A stretch of 64,000 bases of DNA, from positions 252,338 through 316,337 of the forward strand of contig CAXWPH010000011.1 in assembly GCA_963666055.2 (NCBI GenBank), written 5' to 3'. The notes under the pieces were generated by a model, which was not told the DNA's origin, searched no databases, and saw only the letters and a list, made by a program, of their open reading frames with translations. This DNA comes from Acidobacteriota bacterium. Lineage in GTDB: Bacteria > Acidobacteriota > UBA890 > WLXD01. The position numbers and the translations under genes are program-made. Position 1 is the stretch's first letter. Each line of letters opens with the position of its first letter. Positions 38,635-48,334 of this stretch are shown one piece after another.

Positions 38635-39330
38635 CTACTGCAGCGCCACTTCGTCAACGGCGACAGACACACTCGGCCCCATTGTCGATGTCAGGTACAC
38701 GCTCTTGACGTACTTGCCCTTGGCAGCTGCCGGCTTGGCACGCAAAACCGCCTCGAACATCGCTCGGATGTTGTCCACCAACTGCTGATCGTCGAAGGAA
38801 AGGCGCCCCAGCGGCGCGTGAACAACGCCGTTCTTGTCGACTCGAAAGTCGAGCTTGCCGCCCTTTATCTCGTCGACGGCCTTGCCTACATCGAAAGTCA
38901 CAGTGCCCGTTTTCGGATTCGGCATCAGCCCGCGCGGCCCCAGCACACGGCCAAGCTTGCCCACCTCGCGCATCATGTCGGGGGTAGAAATCACCGCGTC
39001 GAACTCCAGCCAGCCGCCGGTGATCTTGTCGACCAACTCCTTGCCACCGACGTGGTCAGCACCGGCCGCCTCTGCTTCCTTGACCTTCTCACCTTGCGCG
39101 AACACCAAGATGCGCTTGGTCTTGCCAGTGCCGTGCGGTAGCACCACGCTCGAGCGCACCATCTGGTCAGCGTGCCGAGGATCGACATCGAGATTCAGTG
39201 CTACTTCGAGCGTTTCGTCGAACTTTGCGTACGCCGCCGACCTCAGTGCTGCAACCGCTTCGGTGATGCTATGGTCGCGTGCTTCCATCGCCACCTTCGC
39301 CTGCATGTAGCCTTTACCGTGCTTGGGCAT
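38635..39330 (-). CDS. rplA: 50S ribosomal protein L1
   Basis: [25 protein letters not shown]. Confidence 0.98.
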   Translation of the reverse strand: MPKHGKGYMQAKVAMEARDHSITEAVAALRSAAYAKFDETLEVALNLDVDPRHADQMVRSSVVLPHGTGKTKRILVFAQGEKVKEAEAAGADHVGGKELVDKITGGWLEFDAVISTPDMMREVGKLGRVLGPRGLMPNPKTGTVTFDVGKAVDEIKGGKLDFRVDKNGVVHAPLGRLSFDDQQLVDNIRAMFEAVLRAKPAAAKGKYVKSVYLTSTMGPSVSVAVDEVALQ

Positions 39331-39343
39331 CCGATCTCGCTCT

Positions 39344-39787
39344 CTAGGCCTCGAGGCCGGCTATTTCAATGCCCATCGAGCGCGCCGTTCCGGCGATGAT
39401 CTTCACCGCGGCGTCGAGATCGAACGCATTGAGGTCGGGCATCTTGAGTTTGGCGATCTCCTCTACTTGATCGCGCGTCACGGTCGCCACGATGTTCTTG
39501 TTCGGCTCCCCCGATCCGGACGCTATGTTGGCGGCCTTTTTCAGCAAGACTGCGGCCGGCGGCGTCTTGGTGATGAACGAGTAACTACGATCGCTGTAGA
39601 CCGTGAGCACAACCGGAATAATCATCCCCGGCTGAGCCTTGGTGGCGGAGTTGAACGCCTTGCAGAAATCCATGATGTTGACGCCGTGCTGGCCGAGCGC
39701 CGGGCCGACAGGCGGCGCCGGCGTCGCCTTGCCGGCGGGGATCTGCAGCTTTACGAGCCCGATTACGGCCTTGGCTTGCTTAGCCAT
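39344..39787 (-). CDS. rplK: 50S ribosomal protein L11
   Basis: [23 protein letters not shown]. Confidence 0.98.
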   Translation of the reverse strand: MAKQAKAVIGLVKLQIPAGKATPAPPVGPALGQHGVNIMDFCKAFNSATKAQPGMIIPVVLTVYSDRSYSFITKTPPAAVLLKKAANIASGSGEPNKNIVATVTRDQVEEIAKLKMPDLNAFDLDAAVKIIAGTARSMGIEIAGLEA

Positions 39788-39814
39788 GTGTCGTCACTAG
39801 CTTCAAATACATGC

Positions 39815-40540
39815 TCAGCCCTTCTCGACCTGGAAGAAGTCCAGCTCAACGGGCGTGGCTCGGCCGAAGATCGATACCATGACCTTGAGGGTGCTGCGGC
39901 GGTCATCGACCTCGTCAACCTTGCCCGAGAAATTGGTGAACGGCCCGTCGACGATCCGCACGGTCTCCCCCTTGGCGAACTGGAACTTGGGCTTCGGCGC
40001 CTCGACCGACTCCTCCATGCGATTGAGGATCTTGTCCACCTCGAGCTGGGTGAGCGGTATGGCATTGTGTCCCTCGCCTACGAACCCGGTGACGCGCGGA
40101 GTGTTCTTGACCAAATGCCAGAGTTCCTCCGCCATTTTCATACGCACCAGCAAGTAGCCGGGAAAGAACTTCTTGGAAGTGACCACCTTCTTGCCCGCTT
40201 TCATCTCCACGACGTCTTCGGTCGGGATCAGAATCTCGCGAATTTCTTCGCCCAGGCCGAGCGTCCGCACGCGCTCCTCCAAGCTCTGCTGTACCTTGCG
40301 CTCGTAGCCTGAATAGGTGTGCACGACGTACCAGCTTGTTCCGTCTCCCGGGTCCGGCCGAGCGTCCGATCCGCCGTCGGATGGTGCCTCGACAGGTGCG
40401 GCCTCGGCCGTCGCCTGCTCCGTCGCGGGTTCCTCGGCGACGGAGGTCTCTGGCTCCAGACCCAGGGCCCGAGCCGCTGCCTCGAGGTTCTTGTCAGCCT
40501 GTTTGGTCACGTTGATCTCGATCTCAGGGGTACTAGCCAA
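39815..40540 (-). CDS. nusG: Transcription factor NusG with acidic N-terminal extension
   Basis: WYVVHTYSGYE, FFPGYL, DGPF...IFGRATPVELDF; start uncertain (40540 or 40510). Confidence 0.95.
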   Translation of the reverse strand: MASTPEIEINVTKQADKNLEAAARALGLEPETSVAEEPATEQATAEAAPVEAPSDGGSDARPDPGDGTSWYVVHTYSGYERKVQQSLEERVRTLGLGEEIREILIPTEDVVEMKAGKKVVTSKKFFPGYLLVRMKMAEELWHLVKNTPRVTGFVGEGHNAIPLTQLEVDKILNRMEESVEAPKPKFQFAKGETVRIVDGPFTNFSGKVDEVDDRRSTLKVMVSIFGRATPVELDFFQVEKG

Positions 40541-40727
40541 ACGCCGCGTAGAGCCACGTGATGACGCGACTCATGACGACGTCGACGAACCACAAATACA
40601 CGCCGAAGATGATGCAAGTCATGATCACCACCGTGGTGGTGCCATAAACCTCGTTGCGCTTCGGCCAGGTAACCTTCTTCAACTCGGCCCTGACCTCACG
40701 AACGAACGTCTTCCAGCGATTCCACAT
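40533..40727 (-). CDS. secE: Preprotein translocase SecE
   Basis: ELKKVTWP followed by one TM helix; between tRNA-Trp and nusG. Confidence 0.93.
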   Translation of the reverse strand: MWNRWKTFVREVRAELKKVTWPKRNEVYGTTTVVIMTCIIFGVYLWFVDVVMSRVITWLYAAFG

Positions 40728-40763
40728 ACCCGCTACTTTCGCCGCCTCGTCGCGTTCAACAGG

Positions 40764-40837
40764 CAGGGCAGGTGGGATTCGAACCCACAACCCCCGGATT
40801 TGGAGTCCGGTGCTCTGCCAATTAGAGCTACTGCCCT
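40764..40837 (-). tRNA. tRNA-Trp(CCA)
   Basis: AGGGCAGTAGCTCTAATTGGCAGAGCACCGGACT-CCA-AATCCGG...GGTTCGAATCC. Confidence 0.96.
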
Positions 40838-40839
40838 CT

Positions 40840-42038
40840 CGTCCTACTCGTGGATTTCAATGACGGTGCCAGCACCTACCGTTCGTCCGCCCTCGCGAAT
40901 AGCGAACCGCAGGCCCTTCTCCATCGCGATCGGGGTGATCAGATCTCCGACGATTGTCACGTTGTCCCCGGGCATCACCATCTCCACGCCTTCGGGCAGC
41001 TCTACCGAACCTGTCACATCCGTCGTCCTAAAATAAAACTGCGGCCGATATCCCTTGAAGAACGGCGTGTGCCGGCCGCCCTCATCCTTGGTCAACACAT
41101 ACACCTCGGCCGAAAACCTGGTGTGCGGCTTAATCGATCCCGGCTTCGCCAGCACCTGGCCCCGCTCCACATCCTCACGGTCTGTTCCTCTCAACAACAC
41201 GCCCACGTTGTCTCCGGCTTGCCCCTCATCGAGAATCTTCCGGAACATCTCTACCCCCGTGACCACCTTCTTCTGCGTCTCACGGATCCCGACGATCTCC
41301 ACCTCTTCTCCCGTCTTCACCACCCCCCGGTCGATTCGGCCCGTCACCACCGTGCCCCGTCCCGAGATCGTGAACACGTCCTCGATCGCCATCATGAGGT
41401 CTTTGTCCAGCGCTCGCTCCGGCTCCGGTATGTAGGTGTCGAGCGCCTCGATCAACTCCAGAATCTGCTTGCCTGACTCCGACTCCGGATCCCCCGACTC
41501 CGCCGCCTGCAGCGCTGAACCCTTGATCACCGGAAGTTCGTCCCCTGGAAACTCGTACGTCTCCAGCAGCTCCCTCACCTCCAGCTCAACCAGCTCCAGT
41601 AGCTCCTCGTCGTCCACCATGTCGACCTTGTTCAAAAACACCACCATCGCCGGTACTCCCACCTGCCGTGCCAGCAATATGTGCTCCCGCGTCTGCGGCA
41701 TCGGCCCATCTGCCGCCGACACCACCAAGATCGCTCCGTCCATCTGCGCCGCACCCGTGATCATGTTCTTGATGTAGTCCGCGTGCCCGGGGCAGTCCAC
41801 GTGTGCGTAATGCCTTGTCTCGGACTCGTACTCAACGTGCGCTATCGCGATCGTGATCCCTCGCTCCCGCTCCTCGGGCGCCTTGTCGATCTCATCGAAC
41901 GGCGTGTAGTCCGCTCGTCCCAACTTCGACAAAATTAGCGTGATCGCCTGCGTCAATGTCGTCTTGCCGTGGTCCACGTGCCCAATCGTCCCCACGTTTA
42001 CATGCGGCTTCGTTCGTTTGAATTTCTCCTTCGCCATC
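40840..42038. repeat. About 1.2-kb direct repeat, copy 2 (tuf)
   Basis: Matches 24591..25789. Confidence 0.9.
40844..42037 (-). CDS. tuf: Elongation factor Tu (tRNA-operon copy)
   Basis: Protein identical to the 24595..25788 copy. Confidence 0.99.
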   Translation of the reverse strand: MAKEKFKRTKPHVNVGTIGHVDHGKTTLTQAITLILSKLGRADYTPFDEIDKAPEERERGITIAIAHVEYESETRHYAHVDCPGHADYIKNMITGAAQMDGAILVVSAADGPMPQTREHILLARQVGVPAMVVFLNKVDMVDDEELLELVELEVRELLETYEFPGDELPVIKGSALQAAESGDPESESGKQILELIEALDTYIPEPERALDKDLMMAIEDVFTISGRGTVVTGRIDRGVVKTGEEVEIVGIRETQKKVVTGVEMFRKILDEGQAGDNVGVLLRGTDREDVERGQVLAKPGSIKPHTRFSAEVYVLTKDEGGRHTPFFKGYRPQFYFRTTDVTGSVELPEGVEMVMPGDNVTIVGDLITPIAMEKGLRFAIREGGRTVGAGTVIEIHE

Positions 42039-42101
42039 AGGTACTCCTCTGACGTAGTTCAGCACGCTGCTCGATGGCCGCATGTGTTTCGATCAAACTG
42101 G

Positions 42102-42176
42102 TGGAGCCCACGACCGGGATTGAACCGGTGACCTCTTCCTTACCAAGGAAGCGCTCTACCACTGAGCCACGTGGGC
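42102..42176 (-). tRNA. tRNA-Thr(GGT)
   Basis: GCCCACGTGGCTCAGTGGTAGAGCGCTTCCTT-GGT-AAGGAAG...GTGGGCTCCA; CCA encoded. Confidence 0.96.
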
Positions 42177-42257
42177 CCTCCCGAAAGCAAAACGTAGCTA
42201 TCGCGTCGGTGTGTCCCGTGTGGATGGCCAGCCGATTCGCCCCGACGCCGTGCACAG

Positions 42258-42331
42258 AGCGGGAAACGGGACTCGAACCCGCAACCCCCAGCTTGGAAGG
42301 CTGGCGCTCTACCAGATTGAGCTATTCCCGC
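42258..42331 (-). tRNA. tRNA-Gly(TCC)
   Basis: GCGGGAATAGCTCAATCTGGTAGAGCGCCAGCCT-TCC-AAGCTGG...TTCGAGTCCCGTTTCCCGCT. Confidence 0.96.
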
Positions 42332-42375
42332 CTCGTACCGTGGTGTGCACAGAGTTCTCCTGTGCGAGAACGCGT

Positions 42376-42404
42376 ATGCTATCACCCCTCAACACGGGCG
42401 CCAA
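42376..42404 (-). promoter_or_regulatory. Putative internal promoter for tRNA-Gly, tRNA-Thr and tuf
   Basis: Minus strand TTGGCG-17 bp-TAGCAT with extended TG, in the Tyr-Gly spacer. Confidence 0.5.
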
Positions 42405-42538
42405 GTCGGTGGCGCGGAGGCAAACGCTGAGTCGCGAGGCCGTTTCCCTGGAGGGTAGTTCCTCATCGCACCGGAACGGTGGTGAGCCGGCAGCACAGAG
42501 CAACCAGTAGTGTCGAGCGCAAAGCGACGTTGTCGTAG

Positions 42539-42621
42539 TGGAGAGTGGAGGATTCGAACCTCCGTAGGCATTAGCCGGCAGATTTACAGTCTGCTCCCTT
42601 TGGCCGCTCGGGCAACTCTCC
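42539..42621 (-). tRNA. tRNA-Tyr(GTA)
   Basis: GGAGAGTTGCCCGAGCGGCCAAAGGGAGCAGACT-GTA-AATCTGC with long variable arm. Confidence 0.96.
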
Positions 42622-42637
42622 CCTTGATTTAGAACAG

Positions 42638-42710
42638 AGCTGGCGGGCGGACTCGAACCGCCGACCTGCTGATTACAAATCAGCTGCTCTCCCAACTGAG
42701 CTACGCCAGC
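42638..42710 (-). tRNA. tRNA-Thr(TGT)
   Basis: GCTGGCGTAGCTCAGTTGGGAGAGCAGCTGATT-TGT-AATCAGC...TTCGAGTCCGCCCGCCAGCT. Confidence 0.96.
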
Positions 42711-42790
42711 CCGCTGGCAACCCTGGCAAAGTTTGATTGGTGTGCCGAGCCCAAGGCAACACGCGGGCAGAGGGCTGCTTTGCAGGCGAA

Positions 42791-42819
42791 ACTATAGGTT
42801 CTGCTCCTAGGCCCGGCAA
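42791..42819 (-). promoter_or_regulatory. Sigma70-type promoter of the tRNA-tuf operon
   Basis: Minus strand TTGCCG-17 bp-TATAGT, 80 bp upstream of tRNA-Thr(TGT). Confidence 0.65.
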
Positions 42820-42853
42820 GCCTGGCGACCCCAGTCCGGCACAGTCTGGAGCG

Positions 42854-43579
42854 TCAGCCGGTCTGTTGCTGGCGAACCACCTCGAATGCTACAGCGGCGA
42901 ATGCGGCGCTAGCGTTCAGCGACTGGACACGCCCGCGCATCTGCAGGGTCACCAAGTGGTCGCAACGATCGGCTACGAGGCGTCGCAGTCCCCTACCCTC
43001 GGCACCGACCACCAGCGCCACGGCCCTCTTGTAGTCCATCTGATCCCACTGTGTCGCGCCAGCGGTGGCCAGTCCCACGACCCAGTATCCGAGGCTCTTG
43101 AGGCGCTCGAGAGTTCGGGCGATGTTGGTCACCCGATGGACCGGCAAGTGCTCGGTGGCCCCTGCCGAGGCGCGCACAACGGCCGGCGTCACCTGGGCGG
43201 CACGTCGAGTCGGGATACAAAGCGCTACGGCGCCCGCGGCCTCGGCGGTTCGAACAATCGCCCCGAGGTTCTGCGGATCCTGTATGCCGTCCAGCACGAC
43301 CACCAGCGCCGGGACAGCCGGGTTGGCGGCTGGCAAATCGGCCTCGGCGCGGTACTGGAAGGCTGAGCAGCGCGCCGCTATGGTGGCGCCCGCGGCCACG
43401 CCACCGAGCTCGCGAGCTTCGATCCCGCGCACCGCGACGCCGGCCACCAGCGCGCGGTTGTGGACCTCGTCGATGGCCGCCGATCGGCGGCCGGCGAGCG
43501 TCCAGACCTCATGCACGCAACGCGCCGAGCCCGCCAGCGCCTCGGCAACAGCGTGCCGGCCGATCAGCCACTCAGCCAT
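42854..43579 (-). CDS. rlmB: 23S rRNA G2251 2'-O-methyltransferase (SPOUT)
   Basis: LDGIQDPQNLGAIVRTA, ASAGA, VGAEGRGL, SLNASAA; ATG at 43579. Confidence 0.9.
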   Translation of the reverse strand: MAEWLIGRHAVAEALAGSARCVHEVWTLAGRRSAAIDEVHNRALVAGVAVRGIEARELGGVAAGATIAARCSAFQYRAEADLPAANPAVPALVVVLDGIQDPQNLGAIVRTAEAAGAVALCIPTRRAAQVTPAVVRASAGATEHLPVHRVTNIARTLERLKSLGYWVVGLATAGATQWDQMDYKRAVALVVGAEGRGLRRLVADRCDHLVTLQMRGRVQSLNASAAFAAVAFEVVRQQQTG

Positions 43580-45041
43580 GCACCGCGACCAGCGACGCGA
43601 TCCGCTCGGCGACGGTGTGAACGTCGGGTCGCACCCCACTTCTTCGAGCGTTCTCGATCAACGGCACCAACCTCGCCAGTTCCGGGCCATGATCTTCCCC
43701 TGTCAGCGCATTGCGAAGCGGCTGAAACAATGCCCGGCCGCGCCGGCCGGTCTGCTCGCCGATGCGACGAGCGGCAGCCTTGAAATCATCGACGGTGGTC
43801 AGCTCGCCGTCGCAACTGGCCCGGTGGAACGCCGACAGCATGGCGCGGTTTTCGGGGTCGAGCTCCGTCTGGCTGAGGCTGGGTGGTGCACCCATCAGCT
43901 GCTCGAATCGGTCCGGCAACTCGTCGATTCGACCTAGCGACGGGCGCAGCAGGTCGACAAGCTCCCGCCACCATTGGCGCGCCGGACCGGTCGTCGGCAA
44001 CTCGATGCCAGCCCCGGAAAGCGCGCCGCTGACTCGCTCCAGAACATCGTCCAGCGGAAGCGCGAGCAAGTGCTGCTGGTTGAACCACTCGAGCTTGCTC
44101 AAATCGAATCCGACGTTGGCCGACGACAGGCTGGCGATCTGGAAGGACGCCACCAACTCCTCCAACCGCCACACCTCTCGGCCGTCGGGCGGTGCGCAGC
44201 CAAGCAACGCGAGGTAGTTAGCGAGCGCCTCGGGCAAGACTCCGGCGTGGCGCATCTGCTCGACGGTGACATCGCCGTGGCGCTTGGATAGTCGCGACCG
44301 ATCCGCGCCCAGAACTAACGGCAGATGACTGAAACAGGGTGGGGACCAGCCCAAGGCCTCATAAAGGAGTAGTTGCTTGGAGGTATTGGACAGGTGGTCT
44401 TGTCCACGCACCACGTGATCGATCGACATACCGTGATCATCGACGACGACCGCCAGCTGATACGTCGGGGTGCCGTCATGGCGGGCCACGACGAAGTCGT
44501 CGACCTCGCCGGCCGGCACGCCGGTGGCGCCGCGGAGGCCATCCTCGAACCGCACCGCCCGATCCGGGGTGCGAAACCGCACCGCGGCCGGCTCTCCGGC
44601 TTCGACGCGGCGAAGCGCTTCGCGCAGCGGCAGGTCACGGCATCGATGCCGCAGCGACTGGCCTCGTCGGTGCGCCTCCGCCGGCGCGTTGCGCAACTCC
44701 CCCGGGTCCTCGAAGCAGTAGTAAGCGTGCCCACCTTCGAGCAGCCGCGCCACCGCCTCGCGATACAGCGCGCCGCGCTCGGACTGCCTGTAGGGTCCGT
44801 TCTGACCACCCACGTCTGGCCCCTCGTCCCAGTCGATGCCGAGCCAGCGTAGCGTCTCGAGGATGTGCCGCTCGGCTCCTGCGACGTTGCGTGCCGCGTC
44901 GGTGTCTTCTATCCGAAGCACCAGCGTTCCCTTCGCCGCGCGCGCTAGCAGCCAGTTGATCAGCGCGGTGCGAGCGTTACCCAGATGCAGCATTCCGGTT
45001 GGGCTCGGCGCGAAGCGCAGTCGAGGGCTAGCGGAAGCCAT
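43572..45041 (-). CDS. gltX: Glutamate--tRNA ligase
   Basis: RFAPSPTGMLHLGN, LRIEDTD, RLSKR, C-terminal anticodon domain LFQPLRNALTG. Confidence 0.93.
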   Translation of the reverse strand: MASASPRLRFAPSPTGMLHLGNARTALINWLLARAAKGTLVLRIEDTDAARNVAGAERHILETLRWLGIDWDEGPDVGGQNGPYRQSERGALYREAVARLLEGGHAYYCFEDPGELRNAPAEAHRRGQSLRHRCRDLPLREALRRVEAGEPAAVRFRTPDRAVRFEDGLRGATGVPAGEVDDFVVARHDGTPTYQLAVVVDDHGMSIDHVVRGQDHLSNTSKQLLLYEALGWSPPCFSHLPLVLGADRSRLSKRHGDVTVEQMRHAGVLPEALANYLALLGCAPPDGREVWRLEELVASFQIASLSSANVGFDLSKLEWFNQQHLLALPLDDVLERVSGALSGAGIELPTTGPARQWWRELVDLLRPSLGRIDELPDRFEQLMGAPPSLSQTELDPENRAMLSAFHRASCDGELTTVDDFKAAARRIGEQTGRRGRALFQPLRNALTGEDHGPELARLVPLIENARRSGVRPDVHTVAERIASLVAVHG

Positions 45042-46503
45042 GCGCTACGACCGGAACCGGGGACCGCCCCGCGAGCTCGGCCACGGACATCCACGCGACC
45101 CAGCCGTAGCCACCAAGGAACAGCAGCAGGACGGGCAAGCAAATCCACAGCTGCAGCGCCACCGCCAATCCCGTGGCGGCGGCGAAGTACAGAGCCATCA
45201 GAATTTCGATGAACGACACGACGCCGAGCGCGCTTCGATAGCCCGACTCTCCGCTAGCGGCGGTGGCGATTTTTGGCGTGCGCACGAACTCGCCCGGGGC
45301 ACGGCGCAAGCCGGCCACCACCGCGATCGTGTTGTTCAGGGATAGCCCTACACCCAGGGCCATCAGCGCCGGCAGCTGGACTACCGCGGCGACCACCGAT
45401 CGTCCGATCTGTTGTTGAGCTACGACGAAAAACACTGCCACGGACCCGGTGCCGAAGAGCAAGATCGGCAACTCCAACAACAAGAGATCAGAGGTGCCGT
45501 TAGAGGCGCGCACCAGCATGGTCGGAAACACCAGCAGCGATAGCGCCACCATCAACACGTACGCCAGGTTTCCGACCAGGTGGAAGCTCGCCTCCACCTT
45601 CGTACGCCAGGGCTGTGGGGCCGCCCAAAGGGCGGGCAGCAGCTTGCGCGCAGTCTGCACGGCGCCTTTCGTCCAACGACGTTGTTGGCTCTTGAAGGCA
45701 CCTATCGACATCGGCAGCTCCGCCGGTGCTCGCAACTCGTTCAAGTAAACGAATCGCCAGCCCGCCAGCTGGGCACGATACGAGAGATCGAGATCCTCGG
45801 TCAGCGTGTCGTGTTCCCATCCGCCAGCGTCTTCAATCGCCGCACGCCGCCACACACCGGCCGTACCGTTGAAGTTGAAGAATCTGCCGGCACGACTACG
45901 GGCGGCGTGTTCGATCGCGAAGTGCGCGTCGAGGAACATCGCCTGAATCCGCGTAAGCGCTGAGTAGTCGCGGTTCAGATGGCTCCAGCGAACCTGCACC
46001 ATGCCCACCATCGGATCCGTGAAATGCGGTACGGTGCGGCGCAGAAACTCGGGCGTGGGCACGAAGTCGGCATCGAAAATACAGAGGAGCTCGCCGCGCG
46101 CACTGAGCATGCCCGCCTTCAGCGCGCCAGCCTTGAATCCGCGTCGGTTCGTACGTCGGAGATGCTTTATGTCGATACCCTTGCGTCGCAGCGAAGCAAC
46201 CTTCTGCTGAATGCGCGCTGAAGTGGCGTCGGTGGAATCGTCGAGCACCTGGATCTCGAGTCGATCGGCCGGGTATTCGAGGCGGGCTACCGCGTCGATG
46301 AGGCGTTCGACAACATACATTTCGTTGAACACCGGAAGCTGCACGGTGACCAGCGGCCAAACTTCCGGCGGCGGCGGATCGCTCGGCGCGGCGCGGCGAG
46401 TGCGCAGATACAGCTGTACAAGGTAGAGCCTGTGCAACCCGAAGACCGACAACAACAACAGCACGCCGAGGTAGGCAGCCACCAGCAGCCCGGAACCACT
46501 CAT
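45028..46503 (-). CDS. Membrane GT2 glycosyltransferase (cellulose-synthase-like)
   Basis: QLPVFNE, LDDSTD, FKAGAL, FDADF, TEDLDLSYR, QQRRW; flanking TM helices. Confidence 0.9.
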   Translation of the reverse strand: MSGSGLLVAAYLGVLLLLSVFGLHRLYLVQLYLRTRRAAPSDPPPPEVWPLVTVQLPVFNEMYVVERLIDAVARLEYPADRLEIQVLDDSTDATSARIQQKVASLRRKGIDIKHLRRTNRRGFKAGALKAGMLSARGELLCIFDADFVPTPEFLRRTVPHFTDPMVGMVQVRWSHLNRDYSALTRIQAMFLDAHFAIEHAARSRAGRFFNFNGTAGVWRRAAIEDAGGWEHDTLTEDLDLSYRAQLAGWRFVYLNELRAPAELPMSIGAFKSQQRRWTKGAVQTARKLLPALWAAPQPWRTKVEASFHLVGNLAYVLMVALSLLVFPTMLVRASNGTSDLLLLELPILLFGTGSVAVFFVVAQQQIGRSVVAAVVQLPALMALGVGLSLNNTIAVVAGLRRAPGEFVRTPKIATAASGESGYRSALGVVSFIEILMALYFAAATGLAVALQLWICLPVLLLFLGGYGWVAWMSVAELAGRSPVPVVAHGFR

Positions 46504-46512
46504 AGGCGCACG

Positions 46513-47814
46513 TTGCTGGTCGCACTGACGGCCAGCTCTGCGATGCTGGCGGCGTGCATGCTCGGCCTCTGGAGCCTCGGCGACCTGCGTGCGAACGCCC
46601 TCGCCGCAGTGTTGCTAATGCTGTTGGCCGGCATCTGCCACGCCCTCTTGTGCTGGTCGCTGGCCCGTGTGTGGCCTGGTTGGAGCGCGTCCAGGCGCCG
46701 GGTCGTAACCGGTACCATCCTTTTCACAGCCCTCGCCTTACGCCTGCTGTTGCTCAGCATGCCACCGACCCTGTCGGATGACATCTATCGCTACCGCTGG
46801 GATGGAAGGGTACAAGCAGCAGGCAGGAACCCGTATGCAGAGCCCCCCGCCGCTGCCGCACTCGAGAGCCTGCGCGATGAACAGTGGTCACGAATCAATT
46901 ATCCCCGTATCCGCACCATCTATCCCCCCTTGGCGCAGGTACTCTTCGCGGTTACCTATCGCCTGGGCAACAGCATCAGGATGTTTCAAGCGGTCGCGGT
47001 GTTGGGTGACTTGCTCGTCATTGTCCTGCTTCTCGGCTGCTTGCGCGCCTGGAGGCGCCCTCGCTGGCAGCTGGCAATCTACGCGCTACACCCGCTGCCG
47101 GCGATCGAGTTCGCCGCCAGTGGGCACTTCGACGGCTGGGCCATCGCAGCAGTTCTAGCAGCGTTACTCGCTCACACTCGTGGACGTGCCGTGCTGAGCA
47201 CGCTGCTACTCGCCTGCGGCGTGCTCCTCAAGACGTGGCCCCTGGTGTTCGTCCCGCTGATTCTCCGCCACCGGGGACGTTGGCACTGGCCGCTGTTCGC
47301 CGGCGGCCTGCTTGTTGGCTACGCTCCTTTTCTCGGTGCCGGGGTTGTCATGCTCCAGCCTTGGCTCGACTATGCCGGGCGCTGGCGCTTCAACGACGGC
47401 GTGTTCTTCGTCCTGCACGCCGTGAGCGGCTCGCTGGCCTCGGCGAAAGCGATCACCGCCGGCCTCGGGCTAGGGCTTTTGCTGTGGCTCTGGCGTCGCC
47501 GCGACGACCCGGTGCAGGCCGGATACTGGTTGCTTATCGCCTTCACCGTGTTGATGCCGACGATCCATCCTTGGTACTTGCTCTGGGCGTTGCCGTTTGC
47601 CGCCGCAGCGGTCGACATCGGCTGGATAGCACTATGCACGCTGGCCCCCACCGCTTACTGGATTCTGGTTGCCAACACCGGCGACAGCAGTCTCTGGGTC
47701 GAGCCCTGGTGGCCACGTCTGGTGGAATATCTGCCGGCGCTGGCTATCTGGGCGTGGCACGCACGGGCAACGGGGCCACCCGCTCCAGGCGAGTCAGCAC
47801 GGCATTGGCGCTGA
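46513..47814 (+). CDS. Polytopic GT-C glycosyltransferase (GT87/DUF2029-like)
   Basis: LSDDIYRYRWDGRVQ...NPY, TIYPPLAQ, GHFD, HPWYLLW; many TM helices; start 46513 or 46543. Confidence 0.75.
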   Translation: MLVALTASSAMLAACMLGLWSLGDLRANALAAVLLMLLAGICHALLCWSLARVWPGWSASRRRVVTGTILFTALALRLLLLSMPPTLSDDIYRYRWDGRVQAAGRNPYAEPPAAAALESLRDEQWSRINYPRIRTIYPPLAQVLFAVTYRLGNSIRMFQAVAVLGDLLVIVLLLGCLRAWRRPRWQLAIYALHPLPAIEFAASGHFDGWAIAAVLAALLAHTRGRAVLSTLLLACGVLLKTWPLVFVPLILRHRGRWHWPLFAGGLLVGYAPFLGAGVVMLQPWLDYAGRWRFNDGVFFVLHAVSGSLASAKAITAGLGLGLLLWLWRRRDDPVQAGYWLLIAFTVLMPTIHPWYLLWALPFAAAAVDIGWIALCTLAPTAYWILVANTGDSSLWVEPWWPRLVEYLPALAIWAWHARATGPPAPGESARHWR

Positions 47815-47822
47815 CCGCTGCT

Positions 47823-48026
47823 CTATGGATCGGCGCGCATGCGGCGCTGACGGCGCCGCCACCGACGTCGCGCCGCCGCTTGCTTCGCACGCCGGCGCTC
47901 GCCCGGCTTTACGAAGTGCGAGTGGCGCTTGGCATCGCGGAGAATGTTCTCTCGCTGCACGAAACGACGAAACCGCCGCAGGGCGTGTTCGATCGATTCG
48001 CCGTCCTCGACGCGGACGAAAGCCAT
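47823..48026 (-). CDS. rpsU: 30S ribosomal protein S21
   Basis: MAFVRVEDGESIEHALRRFRR...HFVKPGERRR; ATG at 48026. Confidence 0.93.
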   Translation of the reverse strand: MAFVRVEDGESIEHALRRFRRFVQRENILRDAKRHSHFVKPGERRRAKQAAARRRWRRRQRRMRADP

Positions 48027-48334
48027 GGTTCGGTTTCCTGGTTGGGGAGCCGGGCGCGGAAGCGGTGCACCGTCTCCTGATCTTCTTGCCTGCGCACGAA
48101 GGGCGTGCCGTAGTGCGGCCAGAAGGAGCAAGCCTACCGACTTCGGGTCAGGCCGTCAAACGCTTTCGCGTCAGTCGCACCGGGCCGCCCGCAACATCCT
48201 GGACCGCTTGTTGCCGACTCTCGGATCGTATGGTAACACCGGCCTCCAGGCCCGATCCGGAGCAGCCTGGATCTTGACAGGTCGTGTTCTGCACGCCCTC
48301 GTTCTGCTTTGTCACCTGACCTTGAGAGCCACAA

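Noticed and set aside
42099-42104. tRNA-Thr(GGT) followed by CCACCA
   Set aside because: A single extra CCA in the trailer is plausible by chance and would be trimmed.
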